41,460 nucleotides of DNA. It comes from a virus. The translations under genes were made by a program, and so were the position numbers. The stretch's first letter is position 1; every line of letters starts with the position of its first letter. The notes beneath the pieces are model-generated. The model saw only the letters and a list, made by a program, of their open reading frames with translations, made no database searches and was not told the origin of the DNA. Location: UHGV virus genome UHGV-0123288; one strand, given 5' to 3'. Below are positions 1-9,893 of this stretch, in pieces.

Positions 1-58
1 CCACCTGTGGTAGGACAGGTGACACCAGCAGATACAAGTGTATCAATTGAATTGACTT

Positions 59-89
59 AGAAGAGCTTAACGGCTCTTCTTTTTTATTA
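59..89 (+). terminator. intrinsic terminator after major tail gene/extension
   Basis: Stem agaagagc / gctcttct with loop ttaacg, followed by a T-run (tttttatt). Confidence 0.8.
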
Positions 90-126
90 CACTGGTTTCA
101 CCAACACCCACAATCATTGCTTTTAA

Positions 127-135
127 TGCTATAAT
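127..135 (+). promoter_or_regulatory. late-type extended -10 promoter (TGcTATAAT) for G/GT-TMP
   Basis: TGnTATAAT with a T-rich upstream region and no recognisable -35. It directly follows a terminator. Confidence 0.5.
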
Positions 136-170
136 AACTATAGTAAATAAAATTATTTGGAGGAATAAAC

Positions 171-503
171 ATGGCAAAACAAACAAAATCATTCAGTATT
201 AACTTAATTATTGACGGAAAAAACCGCAAAATTACAAAAAAAGGTGTCAAAGTTAAGACAATGCGTAGTATTATGAAGTATTACCGTGATATGGAAAACG
301 TACAAAAAGACATGGCTAATGGTGTAGAAGTTGACCAATTAGAATTGTTAGATTCAATGATTGTATTATTAGTTGAAATCTTTGAACACCCAGAAGTTAC
401 ATTTGAAGCAATTGAAAACTCAATTGAATCTGATGACTTAGTAGACGTTTTAGAAAACATCTTAGGAACTATCATGGGGGTTGATGATTCAAAGGAAGCC
501 TAG
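171..503 (+). CDS. tail assembly chaperone (gpG-like)
   Basis: 110-aa acidic ORF between the major tail protein and tape measure genes, with an RBS (ggagg) upstream. This is the canonical G position in siphovirus tail modules. Confidence 0.6.
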   Translation: MAKQTKSFSINLIIDGKNRKITKKGVKVKTMRSIMKYYRDMENVQKDMANGVEVDQLELLDSMIVLLVEIFEHPEVTFEAIENSIESDDLVDVLENILGTIMGVDDSKEA

Positions 504-742
504 AGGACGGTGTAGAAGTTAACTGGGACGAATCTTTAGAATCACTAAATAAATTATATAATTCATACATGGAAGGTGGTTGGACCGTTAATGATGTTAG
601 CGAAGCTGACTACCTTCTTTTATTGGAATTATTCAGTGATAATACTAAAGAGAAAAAAGAAGAGAAACAAGACCCATTAGCATTTTTTGGCACTGTCCTA
701 TCACCAACAGACCTAGCAAAAGCAAAAGGAGAGATTGAATAA
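171..742 (+). CDS. putative G-T fusion chaperone via programmed -1 frameshift (T extension in frame 488..742)
   Basis: The -1 frame is open only from 488 (after tga tga at 482-487) to taa at 740-742, immediately abutting the TMP start. The shift must therefore occur within 488-500 (tca aag gaa gcc). No canonical X_XXY_YYZ heptamer is present, so the slip site is uncertain. Confidence 0.35.
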
Positions 743-3700
743 TGGCAGACAAAGTTATTGGCAATATGAAGTTTGGTATTGGTGTTGACGGTGTAGACCA
801 GACCATTAATACATTAGACAAATTAAACAAGTCAATTAAACAACAAGAGTCCGCAATGAAAGCCAATTTATCAGTGTTTGATAAATCAGGACAAAGTATT
901 GAGAAATTGCAACAAAAAGAAAAAGACTTAGCAACAGCTACTGACTTACAAGGTAAGAAAGTGGAGCTACTAAGTAAGAAACGTCAAGACGCTATTGCAA
1001 AATATGGTGAAGAATCAAACCAAGTTAAAACACTAACAACACAGTTAAACAATGCTAGTGCCAAATATAACGGAATGCAAAAAGATTTGCAAAAAACTAC
1101 AGCTGATGTTATCAAGTTTGAGAATGGTTTAGACAAACTAGGTCAAGAAATTAAAGATAACGCAAAAGACTTCCAAACACAAGCCAACGCAATGGATAAA
1201 GCTGGCGACAAAATGGGTGCTTTGGAAACAAAACAGGCTGGTTTAAAACGTCAATCAGACCTAACTAAACAGGCTATTGCTGGTCAAGAAAACGCAATCA
1301 AACAATTAACGCAAAAGTTTGGTAAAAATTCAACAGAAGTTAGCAAAGCTGAACAAGAGTTACAAGGCTTTAAAAAGCAATTAAACAATACAGACAGTGA
1401 ACTAGATTCAGTATCTAAAGGAATGCAAGAACTAGGTAAGTCAAGTGGTGACACTAGTGAAGGTTTAGGACTAGCAAGTAAAGGACTACAAGGTTTAGTT
1501 GCTGGTGTTGGTATGGCGGTAGCTACTAAAGCACTTGATATGATTAGTGACGCTGTTACAGAAGTTGTTGAAAATATTAATGCTGGTATTGAAGCTGTTG
1601 ACAAATTCAAAGGTGCGTTTGATTGGGACGCAGAAAGCGCCCAAGCTGTTTCAAGACTGGCTAACCAAATAGTTGCGGAAGGTTATTCAGACGACATCAA
1701 CGAAGTAGCAGACGCTATGGTGCGTGTTCAAAATGTAATGGGTGCAGATGTTGCAGACGACGATATGCTACAACGCATGACACGTAACGCAATTGCCTTT
1801 TCTAAAAATACAGGTGCAGATGTAAACGAGACTATTCGTGGTATTGGTAAAATGATGGTTAACTTTGGCATTGACGCAGACCACGCTTGGGACTTGATGG
1901 CACGTGGCGCACAAATGGGACTTGACCAAACAGATGAACTAGGCGACAACATGGCGGAATACTCACAAGTATTTGGTCAAGCTGGTTTCACAGCAGAACA
2001 AACATTTAACATGTTACAAAACGGACTTGATAATGGCGCATATAACCTAGACAAAGTCAATGACTTAATCAAAGAAATGGGTCTATCATTAACAGACGGA
2101 CGTTTTGAGGACAACATAGGTATGTTCAGTCAAGGTACACAAGAACTGTTTAGACAATGGCAACAAGGTGGAGCAACACAAGCAGACGTTATTCGTTCAA
2201 TGATTGGTGACTTTAGCGGTATGGAAAACCAATATGAAGCACTGAATAAAGCTGGCACAGTCTGGTCCGCATTGGGTGAAGATAATAGCTTAAATGTTAT
2301 CAAGTCATTAAACAATACATCAATGGCATATGATAATGTAGAAGGCGCACAAGACGCAATGAACAACGCAATGAGCAACACAACTGGAATGGACGCCTTT
2401 AAGTCCTCATTGAGGGCTGTTGGGAATGAAATAGGTATCTCCTTAAATCCAATGTTTGGTAAGGTGGCAGATGCTATTACAAACTTTACAGAAAAAATTC
2501 TACCAAAGATAGAGCCAGCATTAAAAAAAATGTGGGAGTATGCAGGTCCTATTCTTGAAAAACTAGGTGGATATTTAAGCACCAGTTTTGAGATTGCTAG
2601 CGATATTATGAGTACAGTTGTTAAATACGTTAGCGAGGAACTGATACCTATTCTAATGCCTAAGATTCAAGAACTTGGAGATAAGTTGGGTGGATTATTT
2701 GATAAGATAAGTAAGTTCTGGGATGAACATGGTGAAACCATATTATCTGGTCTTAGTTTCTGGCTAGAAAAACTAACACCAGTGTTTGGATTAGCGATAG
2801 AGGTTGTGGTTGGTTTTGTTGACTCTGCTATTGGTTTAGTAGATGGATTTTTCAATATTATTGAAGGCTTGACTGAGGTATTTGAAGGTATATTCAACGG
2901 AGATTGGAGCCGAATATGGGAAGGTATTAAAAAAATATTCTGGGGGGCTATTCAAGTTGTTTGGAACTGGATAAACCTATCATTCTTTGGTAAAATATTA
3001 AAAGGTGCAGGTTGGTTTGGAACCATATTTAAAGAAGGTATGTCTACAATGTGGACTGCAGTCAAAGGTTTCTTTTCAAAAGGTATATCTGGTATAATTG
3101 ATGATGTATGGCGCTGGTTTAGTAGGGTTACAGGTATTGGCGGTAACTTAAAAAGTGGACTTACAGGTACTATGAAAACCCTTTGGGGTGACATAAAAGG
3201 GGTATTTAGCCGTGGTATTGATACAATTATCAAGTGGTTCACTGGGTTGCCAGGACGTCTAGGTGACGCAATTGCTAAGGGCGCTGGTCATGTTACTGGT
3301 GCATTTAAAGGTATTTTCAATAAGGTATTGAGTGCAATTGGTGGTCCAGTAAATGGTATCATTGGCGGTGCTAACTGGGTGTTAGAAAAGTTTGGCGCAC
3401 CTCAAATTCCTAAATGGGACGTACCACAGTATGCAAACGGTACTGACGGACACATTGGCGGACCTATGGTAGTAAATGACGGTGGTGGTGCTGAAATGGT
3501 AATCGCACCAAACGGTCAAGCAATGATTCCAAAAGGTAGAAACGTTATGATGAATGCACCAGCTGGTACACAAGTGCTAAACGCCAAAGAAACATCAATG
3601 GTATTAGGACAAAAAGGGCGCATTCCATTCTATAAAAAAGGAACTGGTTTCATGGACGGAGTTCGCAATATGTGGGACAATACTAAGTCATTTGTTGGTA

Positions 3701-4629
3701 ATGGTATTAACAAGGTAAAACAAACCATTGGTGACATTATGGACTGGGTAGGTAATCCGTTAGACTTAGCACGAAATGCAATTATGGGTGCAATGGACTT
3801 AGGAGGTCTAACACACGTAGCACTAGACATGGCAAAAGGTTTAGGAACAAAAGCCACAACTGCATTTGCTGAAAAAGTGAAAGCCTTATTCAAAAAGAAA
3901 GAAGAGGAGGAACGTGTTAGCGGTCCTGTAGATGGTAACTGGCGTGCATTAGTTATCAAAGCTTCCAAAGAAATGGGTGCAAATGCTAGTGAAAGTGAAA
4001 TCAATGGTATCTTAGCACAGATTCAACGTGAATCAGGTGGTAATGAAAAGATTGTTCAAAGTTCAGCAGTATGGGACGTCAACACCGCAAGTGGAAACCC
4101 AGCACGTGGTTTGCTTCAATATATCCCACAAACGTTTGACGCGTACAAGGTAAAAGGACATGGCAATATTTATTCAGGTTATGACCAATTACTAGCATTC
4201 TTTAACAACACTAACTGGCGTCAAGACTTACCTCATGGAAAATCTGGTTGGGGTCCATCTGGTGGACGCATTAGAGGTTATTATAATGGTGGTATTGCAA
4301 AAGGTCCACAAATTGCAAAACTTGCTGAAAATGGTTATCCAGAATTTATCATTCCAACTGAACCAGCTAAACGAGGAAGAGCAATGGCATTGCTTAACCA
4401 AGCTAAACAAGCGTTAGGAGTGAAGGAAGAACGTAACACACCTAAGCAAGGAACATCAACAGACTTGGCAACAGTGGTTGCTTTAATGCAACAACAGAAC
4501 GAATTGCTACAAGCTATCTTAGCTAAAAATACAGATGTATTATTGGACGGTAAGAAGCTTAACAAAGAGCTTAACAACCTAAATAATACACAGCAACGGA
4601 ACAACAGACGTAATTTAGGTTACATTTAA
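742..4629 (+). CDS. tail tape measure protein with C-terminal lytic transglycosylase (SLT) domain
   Basis: 1295 aa. N-terminal coiled-coil region and a central Gly/hydrophobic repeat region. An SLT motif (QRESGGN...GLLQYIPQTF) lies near residues 1030-1100. The gene follows the G/GT chaperone pair. Confidence 0.9.
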   Translation: MADKVIGNMKFGIGVDGVDQTINTLDKLNKSIKQQESAMKANLSVFDKSGQSIEKLQQKEKDLATATDLQGKKVELLSKKRQDAIAKYGEESNQVKTLTTQLNNASAKYNGMQKDLQKTTADVIKFENGLDKLGQEIKDNAKDFQTQANAMDKAGDKMGALETKQAGLKRQSDLTKQAIAGQENAIKQLTQKFGKNSTEVSKAEQELQGFKKQLNNTDSELDSVSKGMQELGKSSGDTSEGLGLASKGLQGLVAGVGMAVATKALDMISDAVTEVVENINAGIEAVDKFKGAFDWDAESAQAVSRLANQIVAEGYSDDINEVADAMVRVQNVMGADVADDDMLQRMTRNAIAFSKNTGADVNETIRGIGKMMVNFGIDADHAWDLMARGAQMGLDQTDELGDNMAEYSQVFGQAGFTAEQTFNMLQNGLDNGAYNLDKVNDLIKEMGLSLTDGRFEDNIGMFSQGTQELFRQWQQGGATQADVIRSMIGDFSGMENQYEALNKAGTVWSALGEDNSLNVIKSLNNTSMAYDNVEGAQDAMNNAMSNTTGMDAFKSSLRAVGNEIGISLNPMFGKVADAITNFTEKILPKIEPALKKMWEYAGPILEKLGGYLSTSFEIASDIMSTVVKYVSEELIPILMPKIQELGDKLGGLFDKISKFWDEHGETILSGLSFWLEKLTPVFGLAIEVVVGFVDSAIGLVDGFFNIIEGLTEVFEGIFNGDWSRIWEGIKKIFWGAIQVVWNWINLSFFGKILKGAGWFGTIFKEGMSTMWTAVKGFFSKGISGIIDDVWRWFSRVTGIGGNLKSGLTGTMKTLWGDIKGVFSRGIDTIIKWFTGLPGRLGDAIAKGAGHVTGAFKGIFNKVLSAIGGPVNGIIGGANWVLEKFGAPQIPKWDVPQYANGTDGHIGGPMVVNDGGGAEMVIAPNGQAMIPKGRNVMMNAPAGTQVLNAKETSMVLGQKGRIPFYKKGTGFMDGVRNMWDNTKSFVGNGINKVKQTIGDIMDWVGNPLDLARNAIMGAMDLGGLTHVALDMAKGLGTKATTAFAEKVKALFKKKEEEERVSGPVDGNWRALVIKASKEMGANASESEINGILAQIQRESGGNEKIVQSSAVWDVNTASGNPARGLLQYIPQTFDAYKVKGHGNIYSGYDQLLAFFNNTNWRQDLPHGKSGWGPSGGRIRGYYNGGIAKGPQIAKLAENGYPEFIIPTEPAKRGRAMALLNQAKQALGVKEERNTPKQGTSTDLATVVALMQQQNELLQAILAKNTDVLLDGKKLNKELNNLNNTQQRNNRRNLGYI

Positions 4630-4637
4630 AACATTAA

Positions 4638-4666
4638 GGCAACCCCTTTACAAGGGTTGCCTTTTG
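4638..4666 (+). terminator. intrinsic terminator after TMP
   Basis: Stem ggcaaccc / gggttgcc followed by tttt. Confidence 0.8.
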
Positions 4667-4675
4667 TGTTATAAT
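4667..4675 (+). promoter_or_regulatory. late-type extended -10 promoter (TGtTATAAT) for Dit
   Basis: Immediately 3' of the TMP terminator, with no -35. Confidence 0.5.
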
Positions 4676-4701
4676 ACTAGTATAGTAAATTATAAAGGAG
4701 A

Positions 4702-6789
4702 ATGAAAATGGCACAAAATTATGACTTTTTGAGAAGCTTTACATTTGACGGTAAAGAAACAAGTCACCTATTTCAGATAGCAAAAGTAAATGTACCTTTT
4801 CTGTCAAAAGACAATGATTTTTACACAGTTGGAAATACTGATGGTAAACATTTCAGAAATACTAGATTAGGTGAATACGCAATATCAATTGATGGTTTCA
4901 TTATATCAGACAACAGTGGCATGACTGTATCAGAAACTAAAGATGAATTAGTTAAAATAATCAATTCAGACGAACCAAAACGACTTATATTGGACCAAAT
5001 GCCAGATAGATATTTTAACGCAATATTCACAGGGACAGAAGAGTATGACGCAACAGACACAAAGTATACACCATTTACACTAACTTTTGATGTTCCTGAC
5101 GCTTTAGCACATCAAGTAGAAGCTTCAAATTTTAATAATGTAACAACTAAAAATAGTAACATGGTATTAGATTCAAATTTTAAGCGTAAAGACCAGTACT
5201 ATAAACCTTGGGCGCAGTTAGCAATTGAAAAACAAGGTGAAAGTAATGTATTGAGTTGTGACTTCACCGCTGGTATACCAGCCTATTATGTTGACAACAG
5301 TACACCACACCAAGCTTGGTTTTTCTATGACACATACAATAGACGTATGAACCTAGATTTGGAAGTAGGTCAGACAGTTGGATTTCAAGCTAAGGTGCGT
5401 ATTAACGTAGTAGACAACGAGGTACGACCAGATAAGACAGCAGAACTAATATTGATAGAATGGGGAGACAATCCAGTTAGGAAAACATACACACATGTGA
5501 TTGAGATGCCTAATGAGGTAAAAGACTGGACCATGTACGCAAAAACAATAACTATCCAAAGTCCAGAAACAACTGGATTATCAATGAACTTTGGTTTATA
5601 TGGTGACCATGTTAGTGGTGATATATGCGAACCTATGTTTGCAATTGACCAGACAACACCAATGACTTACCAAGAATCGTTGATTGAACTGAAAGAAGAA
5701 TTAAAAGTTGTAAACAACGGAACATACAAAGCCTATCCGCGCTTTTCATTTAAAATGAATGGTGAAAATGGAATGGTTGGGTTAGTTAACAAAAATGGTG
5801 ATATTTTACAGTTTGGTAACCCAGAAGAAGTTGACTATACAGAACAGACAAGAACAGAAACAGTACAATGGTTAGACTTTTGGGGTCCAAACCTACCAGA
5901 GAACATGGTGCAGAACAGTGGTTTCATCAGCATATATCCTAATTATCTAGGTAATCCAGATACACCAAACTTAGTTGACGGAACACTGAATATGACAAAA
6001 GACGTTGATTCCGTAGTACCAAACTTCACTGGTGAAAAAACAGATGTTTGGCATGGACCAACCGCAGTTGTACCAATAACTGCACCATCTACAAATGATA
6101 GAACAGGTAGTTTCACAGCAAACATACGTTTCATTTTTACAAACTATAAAGACAACCCGCCAATGGCACATTTAGAATTTATGATTGGTGACACCGCTGG
6201 AAACCCAGTAATCAATACATTATTTAGAGATTCGCTATACCGTACAAACCATACAATTATGGAATGTTGGTACATGGGTGAAAAGGTACATGAGTACACA
6301 TTAGACAAGAAGAAGTTTGGTAATACTAAGCTAGAAATAAACATTGAACGTACTGAAACCTATATAAAATGGCGCTTAGCAAGTATTAAAGGTATTAATA
6401 AAAATGATAATGTTATTGTTGGTGACAACTACATTTTCACTTACAATGTTTCTGACAAGTCTAATTTAGACAAGTTTGGCTTCTGGTTTAAGCAGTATAG
6501 TAACTTTAGAGCAAACCAAGTGATGGTTACAGATGCTAAACTAAGATGGTTAAACGTTAAGTATATTAAAGATGTACGTAACTATTACAAAGATGGTGAC
6601 CTAGTGGAGTTAGACACATACTCACGTAATGTATATATCAATGGAGCTATCAACAATGAACTAAATGTTGTTGGTAACCAATGGGAAGCATTTAGACTTG
6701 ATGTAGGAGAACACGAAATACTACCTTTCTATTCATCATGGGCGCTACAACCAGAAGTGAATTGCATTTTAGAACAAACATATCTATAA
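4702..6789 (+). CDS. distal tail protein (Dit), enlarged/evolved form
   Basis: 695 aa, directly after the TMP. The N-terminus is Dit-like and the large size suggests an inserted carbohydrate-binding module. Confidence 0.55.
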   Translation: MKMAQNYDFLRSFTFDGKETSHLFQIAKVNVPFLSKDNDFYTVGNTDGKHFRNTRLGEYAISIDGFIISDNSGMTVSETKDELVKIINSDEPKRLILDQMPDRYFNAIFTGTEEYDATDTKYTPFTLTFDVPDALAHQVEASNFNNVTTKNSNMVLDSNFKRKDQYYKPWAQLAIEKQGESNVLSCDFTAGIPAYYVDNSTPHQAWFFYDTYNRRMNLDLEVGQTVGFQAKVRINVVDNEVRPDKTAELILIEWGDNPVRKTYTHVIEMPNEVKDWTMYAKTITIQSPETTGLSMNFGLYGDHVSGDICEPMFAIDQTTPMTYQESLIELKEELKVVNNGTYKAYPRFSFKMNGENGMVGLVNKNGDILQFGNPEEVDYTEQTRTETVQWLDFWGPNLPENMVQNSGFISIYPNYLGNPDTPNLVDGTLNMTKDVDSVVPNFTGEKTDVWHGPTAVVPITAPSTNDRTGSFTANIRFIFTNYKDNPPMAHLEFMIGDTAGNPVINTLFRDSLYRTNHTIMECWYMGEKVHEYTLDKKKFGNTKLEINIERTETYIKWRLASIKGINKNDNVIVGDNYIFTYNVSDKSNLDKFGFWFKQYSNFRANQVMVTDAKLRWLNVKYIKDVRNYYKDGDLVELDTYSRNVYINGAINNELNVVGNQWEAFRLDVGEHEILPFYSSWALQPEVNCILEQTYL

Positions 6790-6791
6790 GA

Positions 6792-6820
6792 TACAAAGGG
6801 GTTTACACCCCTTTGTTTTT
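6792..6820 (+). terminator. intrinsic terminator after Dit
   Basis: Stem acaaagggg / cccctttgt followed by tttttg. Confidence 0.8.
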
Positions 6821-6829
6821 GTGTTATAA
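6819..6829 (+). promoter_or_regulatory. late-type extended -10 promoter (TGTGtTATAAT) for Tal
   Basis: Immediately 3' of the Dit terminator. Confidence 0.5.
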
Positions 6830-6859
6830 TGAGTATATAAATATTTAGGAGGTAATAGT

Positions 6860-8917
6860 ATGGACTTTTACATTACAGATAGGACATTTAAGTTACTAGA
6901 TATTGTATCAACCAGTGGTGGTACTCAATTCAAAGTAACATCAACAGAGGATACAATAAGTTTAGCAACTGCAAGTAGACGCATGAGCCTAGATGTATCA
7001 TTTACACCAGAAACAAGCGCACTTGCTAAAGATGTATTCAAAGTTGGTAACTACGTTTTGTATAAAGACTTAAATGGTAAACACGAATGGATGACAATTT
7101 TAGAATCAACACACAATCCATTGACACAAACACGCAGTATGGAATTAGAAGACGCTTCACTAGACCTTTTAAACCAACATGTTGGTAAACACAAGGAAAC
7201 AAAACCATTTCCTATAAAATACTATATTGAAATATTTACATCAAGTAGTGGTTTCAAAGTTGGTATAAATGAAATATCTGGACTAACTAGAGCATTAGAA
7301 TGGGATTCAGGAGCAACAGCATTGGAACGTATTCAATCAGTAGCAACCCAATTTGATAATGCAGAACTTGATTTTAGGTTTACATTTAAAGGTAATGAAT
7401 TAACAGGTAGATATATTGATATTAAGAAGAAGCGTGGTACAGATGAAGTACACACACTTCATGTTAATAAAGATATTAACTCAATAACTACTAAAGAAGA
7501 TATTTACCAACTGGTTAATGCAATAAAACCAGTTGGTGGTATTCCAGAAGGTAAAGAAGAACCTGTTGACTTAGTTGGGTATAACTGGGTAGACCCTAAT
7601 GGTCGTTTTTACTTAGATAAGGCAACTGGCTACATTTACGACAAAGAGAATGTAAAGCACTGGTCAAGAACCCACAACGAATCAAACTATTTTCAACAGC
7701 AATTAGAGTTTGAAACAACAGCACAAAACAAGTTGCGTGACTATGCAGTTAAACATCTAAAAGATTATGGAAAACCACTGGTTGCCTATGAAGTTGACAT
7801 TGCCAACATACCTTACAATTTACAAGTTGGTGACTATATTAAGTTAGTAGATGAAAACGAAAAGTTATATCTAAAATCACGTGTTCAAGAATTGAAGTAT
7901 GATTATACAACAGACAGTGTTGAAGCACAACTAAGTGATTTCGTTGTTTTAGAATCAGGAATTAATGATGATTTAAGGAAGTTAGCTGACCAAATAAATA
8001 ATAAGGTTAGAAGTATACCACGTGTATTTGTTCAAGAAGAACCACCAGTAAACCCTAAACAGGGTGATATGTGGTGGGTGGTTGATGGGACTGTACCACA
8101 ACCAACCATAGCTAGGTTAGGTGACTACGAAACACGTGAGGTAAAAGAAAACCCTAAAATAGCTTCTTATAAGGTTTGGGACGATTTAAAAACAGAATGG
8201 GTTGAACAGACAATTGACCAAGCTGTTTTAAACATTGAAACATTAAACGCTATCACAATGAACGGTTCTACAATCAATGGTTCTGAATTTTTGAATACAT
8301 TTAAAGCAACAGTAGCTGGTGAACAATTAGAAGGTGTATCAACAGTTGCTGGCGGTGAAATGGAAATTGAATACAAGAACTTAACAACAAACAGAACAGG
8401 TTCAACAAGGTTGTTTTCACAAGGGTTTGACGCACGTGTACTAAATACTGACAGTTCAGTAAACCAATACGCAAGCCTTACACCAGCAGGGTTGTCATTA
8501 CTAGATGCACAAGGTAACAGTGGTTTCTTAACTGCTGAATTAGTAATGCAATTCGCAAATACAGCTCGCAGATTATACAGTGGAGCATCTTGGGTTGGTG
8601 CAAATGATATAATTACACCAACACTTACCATGGATGAAGTTGCAATAGGTTGGTTGTTTATGTGGCAACCCTATAACACATCAACATCAACACCAGGTGC
8701 TTGGGACTATACGTACTACCTAGTTCCAAAAGCACATGGTACTTACAATAATGGTAGAGGTATTGTAATGCGACTACAAGGTGCTTCAACTGGTGCTGGT
8801 GCAAATGATACTATATTCAAATATGTATATGTTAGTAAAACACAGATAAAAGGACGTGCAGAAAATGCACAAGATAATGGTGCTAAATGGGTATTGACAG
8901 GTGTATTTTCAGTATAG
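6860..8917 (+). CDS. tail-associated lysin/tip protein (Tal), likely carrying receptor-binding C-terminus
   Basis: 685 aa, third gene after the TMP. The N-terminus resembles the prophage-tail/Tal family. No separate RBP gene follows. Confidence 0.5.
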   Translation: MDFYITDRTFKLLDIVSTSGGTQFKVTSTEDTISLATASRRMSLDVSFTPETSALAKDVFKVGNYVLYKDLNGKHEWMTILESTHNPLTQTRSMELEDASLDLLNQHVGKHKETKPFPIKYYIEIFTSSSGFKVGINEISGLTRALEWDSGATALERIQSVATQFDNAELDFRFTFKGNELTGRYIDIKKKRGTDEVHTLHVNKDINSITTKEDIYQLVNAIKPVGGIPEGKEEPVDLVGYNWVDPNGRFYLDKATGYIYDKENVKHWSRTHNESNYFQQQLEFETTAQNKLRDYAVKHLKDYGKPLVAYEVDIANIPYNLQVGDYIKLVDENEKLYLKSRVQELKYDYTTDSVEAQLSDFVVLESGINDDLRKLADQINNKVRSIPRVFVQEEPPVNPKQGDMWWVVDGTVPQPTIARLGDYETREVKENPKIASYKVWDDLKTEWVEQTIDQAVLNIETLNAITMNGSTINGSEFLNTFKATVAGEQLEGVSTVAGGEMEIEYKNLTTNRTGSTRLFSQGFDARVLNTDSSVNQYASLTPAGLSLLDAQGNSGFLTAELVMQFANTARRLYSGASWVGANDIITPTLTMDEVAIGWLFMWQPYNTSTSTPGAWDYTYYLVPKAHGTYNNGRGIVMRLQGASTGAGANDTIFKYVYVSKTQIKGRAENAQDNGAKWVLTGVFSV

Positions 8918-8932
8918 AAAGGATGTAAAACA

Positions 8933-9220
8933 ATGGAAATTTGGATACCAGATAGAGTAGGTTTCTTAACAGGATATACTACAGAAGCTTATGAGGATTA
9001 TATCAAATGTGACATTGATATAACAGAAGCAAACTCTATGCAAGGAGGATTGATTGACTTTCATAATTACTATTATGATGGTAAAGAATTGACCAGAAAT
9101 ACAGATAATGATTTCCAAAAGTTTTTAGATGAAGAAGCAAATAAACCACCAGAACCATCTAAGGAAGAAATGGCTGAAAGACTAGCAAAATTAGAAGCAT
9201 TACTTTCTGATTTACTATAG
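8933..9220 (+). CDS. hypothetical tail-associated protein
   Basis: 95-aa ORF with an RBS, last gene of the tail operon before the terminator. Confidence 0.4.
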   Translation: MEIWIPDRVGFLTGYTTEAYEDYIKCDIDITEANSMQGGLIDFHNYYYDGKELTRNTDNDFQKFLDEEANKPPEPSKEEMAERLAKLEALLSDLL

Positions 9221-9222
9221 TT

Positions 9223-9255
9223 AAAAACACCTCTAAAAAGAGGTGTTTTTATTTG
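9223..9255 (+). terminator. intrinsic terminator after tail operon
   Basis: Stem aaaaacacctct / agaggtgttttt followed by a T-run. Confidence 0.85.
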
Positions 9256-9320
9256 CGTTTTAATGCATAATCACCTTACTTTTAATCTGAAAAACGCTTA
9301 GAATCGTCCTGTGAAGCACA
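9246..9320 (+). repeat. ~70-nt direct repeat A flanking lysis cassette (partner 11020..11095)
   Basis: The sequence is tttatttgcgttttaatgCataatcaccttacttTtaatctgaaa.acgcttagaat.gtcct.tgaa, about 85% identical to B. Each copy sits right after a terminator. Confidence 0.85.
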
Positions 9321-9338
9321 CTATTTCCCTTATTTAAA

Positions 9339-9352
9339 TGCTATACTATAAT
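9339..9352 (+). promoter_or_regulatory. late-type extended -10 promoter (TGcTATAcTATAAT) for lysis cassette
   Basis: Located upstream of the xhlA-like gene, after repeat A. Confidence 0.45.
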
Positions 9353-9397
9353 AGTAGCTGAAAGGCGGTGATTATAATAAGATAGGGAGATGTAGGC

Positions 9398-9643
9398 ATG
9401 GAAGATAAGGACTTTATGGAAATAAAAGTGCAACTAGCTAGAATTGAATCAAATTTAGAAGGTATTCCAGATTTGAAAAATGAATTAAAGGCAAATAATA
9501 ATTTATTGAGTGAAACCCATCACCGTTCAATTCAAAATGAGAAAGACATTGCTAGTATAAATGACCGTTTAACTTGGCTAACACGCACAGTATCAGGAGC
9601 AATCATTGTTGCTGTTATTGGTGCTATTATAACTATATTATAA
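9398..9643 (+). CDS. XhlA-like lysis-associated membrane protein
   Basis: 81 aa with an N-terminal coiled coil and a single C-terminal TM segment (GAIIVAVIGAIITIL), located before the holin. Confidence 0.55.
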   Translation: MEDKDFMEIKVQLARIESNLEGIPDLKNELKANNNLLSETHHRSIQNEKDIASINDRLTWLTRTVSGAIIVAVIGAIITIL

Positions 9644-9657
9644 GGAGAGTGTTAAAA

Positions 9658-9891
9658 ATGGATTGGAAAACACGTATCAAAAACAAAGCGTTCTGGATTG
9701 CTTTAATTCCAGCAGTAATTGTTCTGATTCAAGTTGTGGGAAACATTTTTGGATTAGACTTATCAAACCTAACTGGTTTGAGCCAACAACTAATTGATGT
9801 TGTTAATGCGGTATTCGTTGTGTTAAGTATTTTAGGGGTAGTTATAGACCCAACCACAAAAGGTATTAAAGACAATAAGGAGGATAAATAA
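9658..9891 (+). CDS. holin
   Basis: 77 aa from the internal Met with an RBS (aaggagag) at 9642-9649. Two TM segments and a charged C-terminus (KDNKEDK). It lies immediately upstream of the endolysin. The annotated longer ORF (9574) lacks an RBS. Confidence 0.75.
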   Translation: MDWKTRIKNKAFWIALIPAVIVLIQVVGNIFGLDLSNLTGLSQQLIDVVNAVFVVLSILGVVIDPTTKGIKDNKEDK

Positions 9892-9893
9892 GT

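Noticed and set aside
503-742. +1 frame as the T-extension frame
   Set aside because: The +1 frame has stops at 520-522 and 550-552. Only the -1 frame is open to the TMP start.
1284-4604. Several minus-strand and one plus-strand ORFs (1284-1610, 1728-1952, 2130-2582, 2667-2897, 2952-3242, 3382-3573, 3630-4004, 4228-4410, 4235-4417, 4335-4604) inside the tape measure gene
   Set aside because: They lie fully inside the 1295-aa TMP reading frame, have low-complexity Ser/Leu-rich translations and no RBS. They are antisense or alternative-frame artefacts.
9574-9657. Longer 105-aa version of the holin ORF overlapping xhlA-like gene
   Set aside because: No RBS precedes 9574. An RBS (aaggagag) sits 8 nt before the internal Met at 9658, which gives a typical 77-aa two-TM holin.
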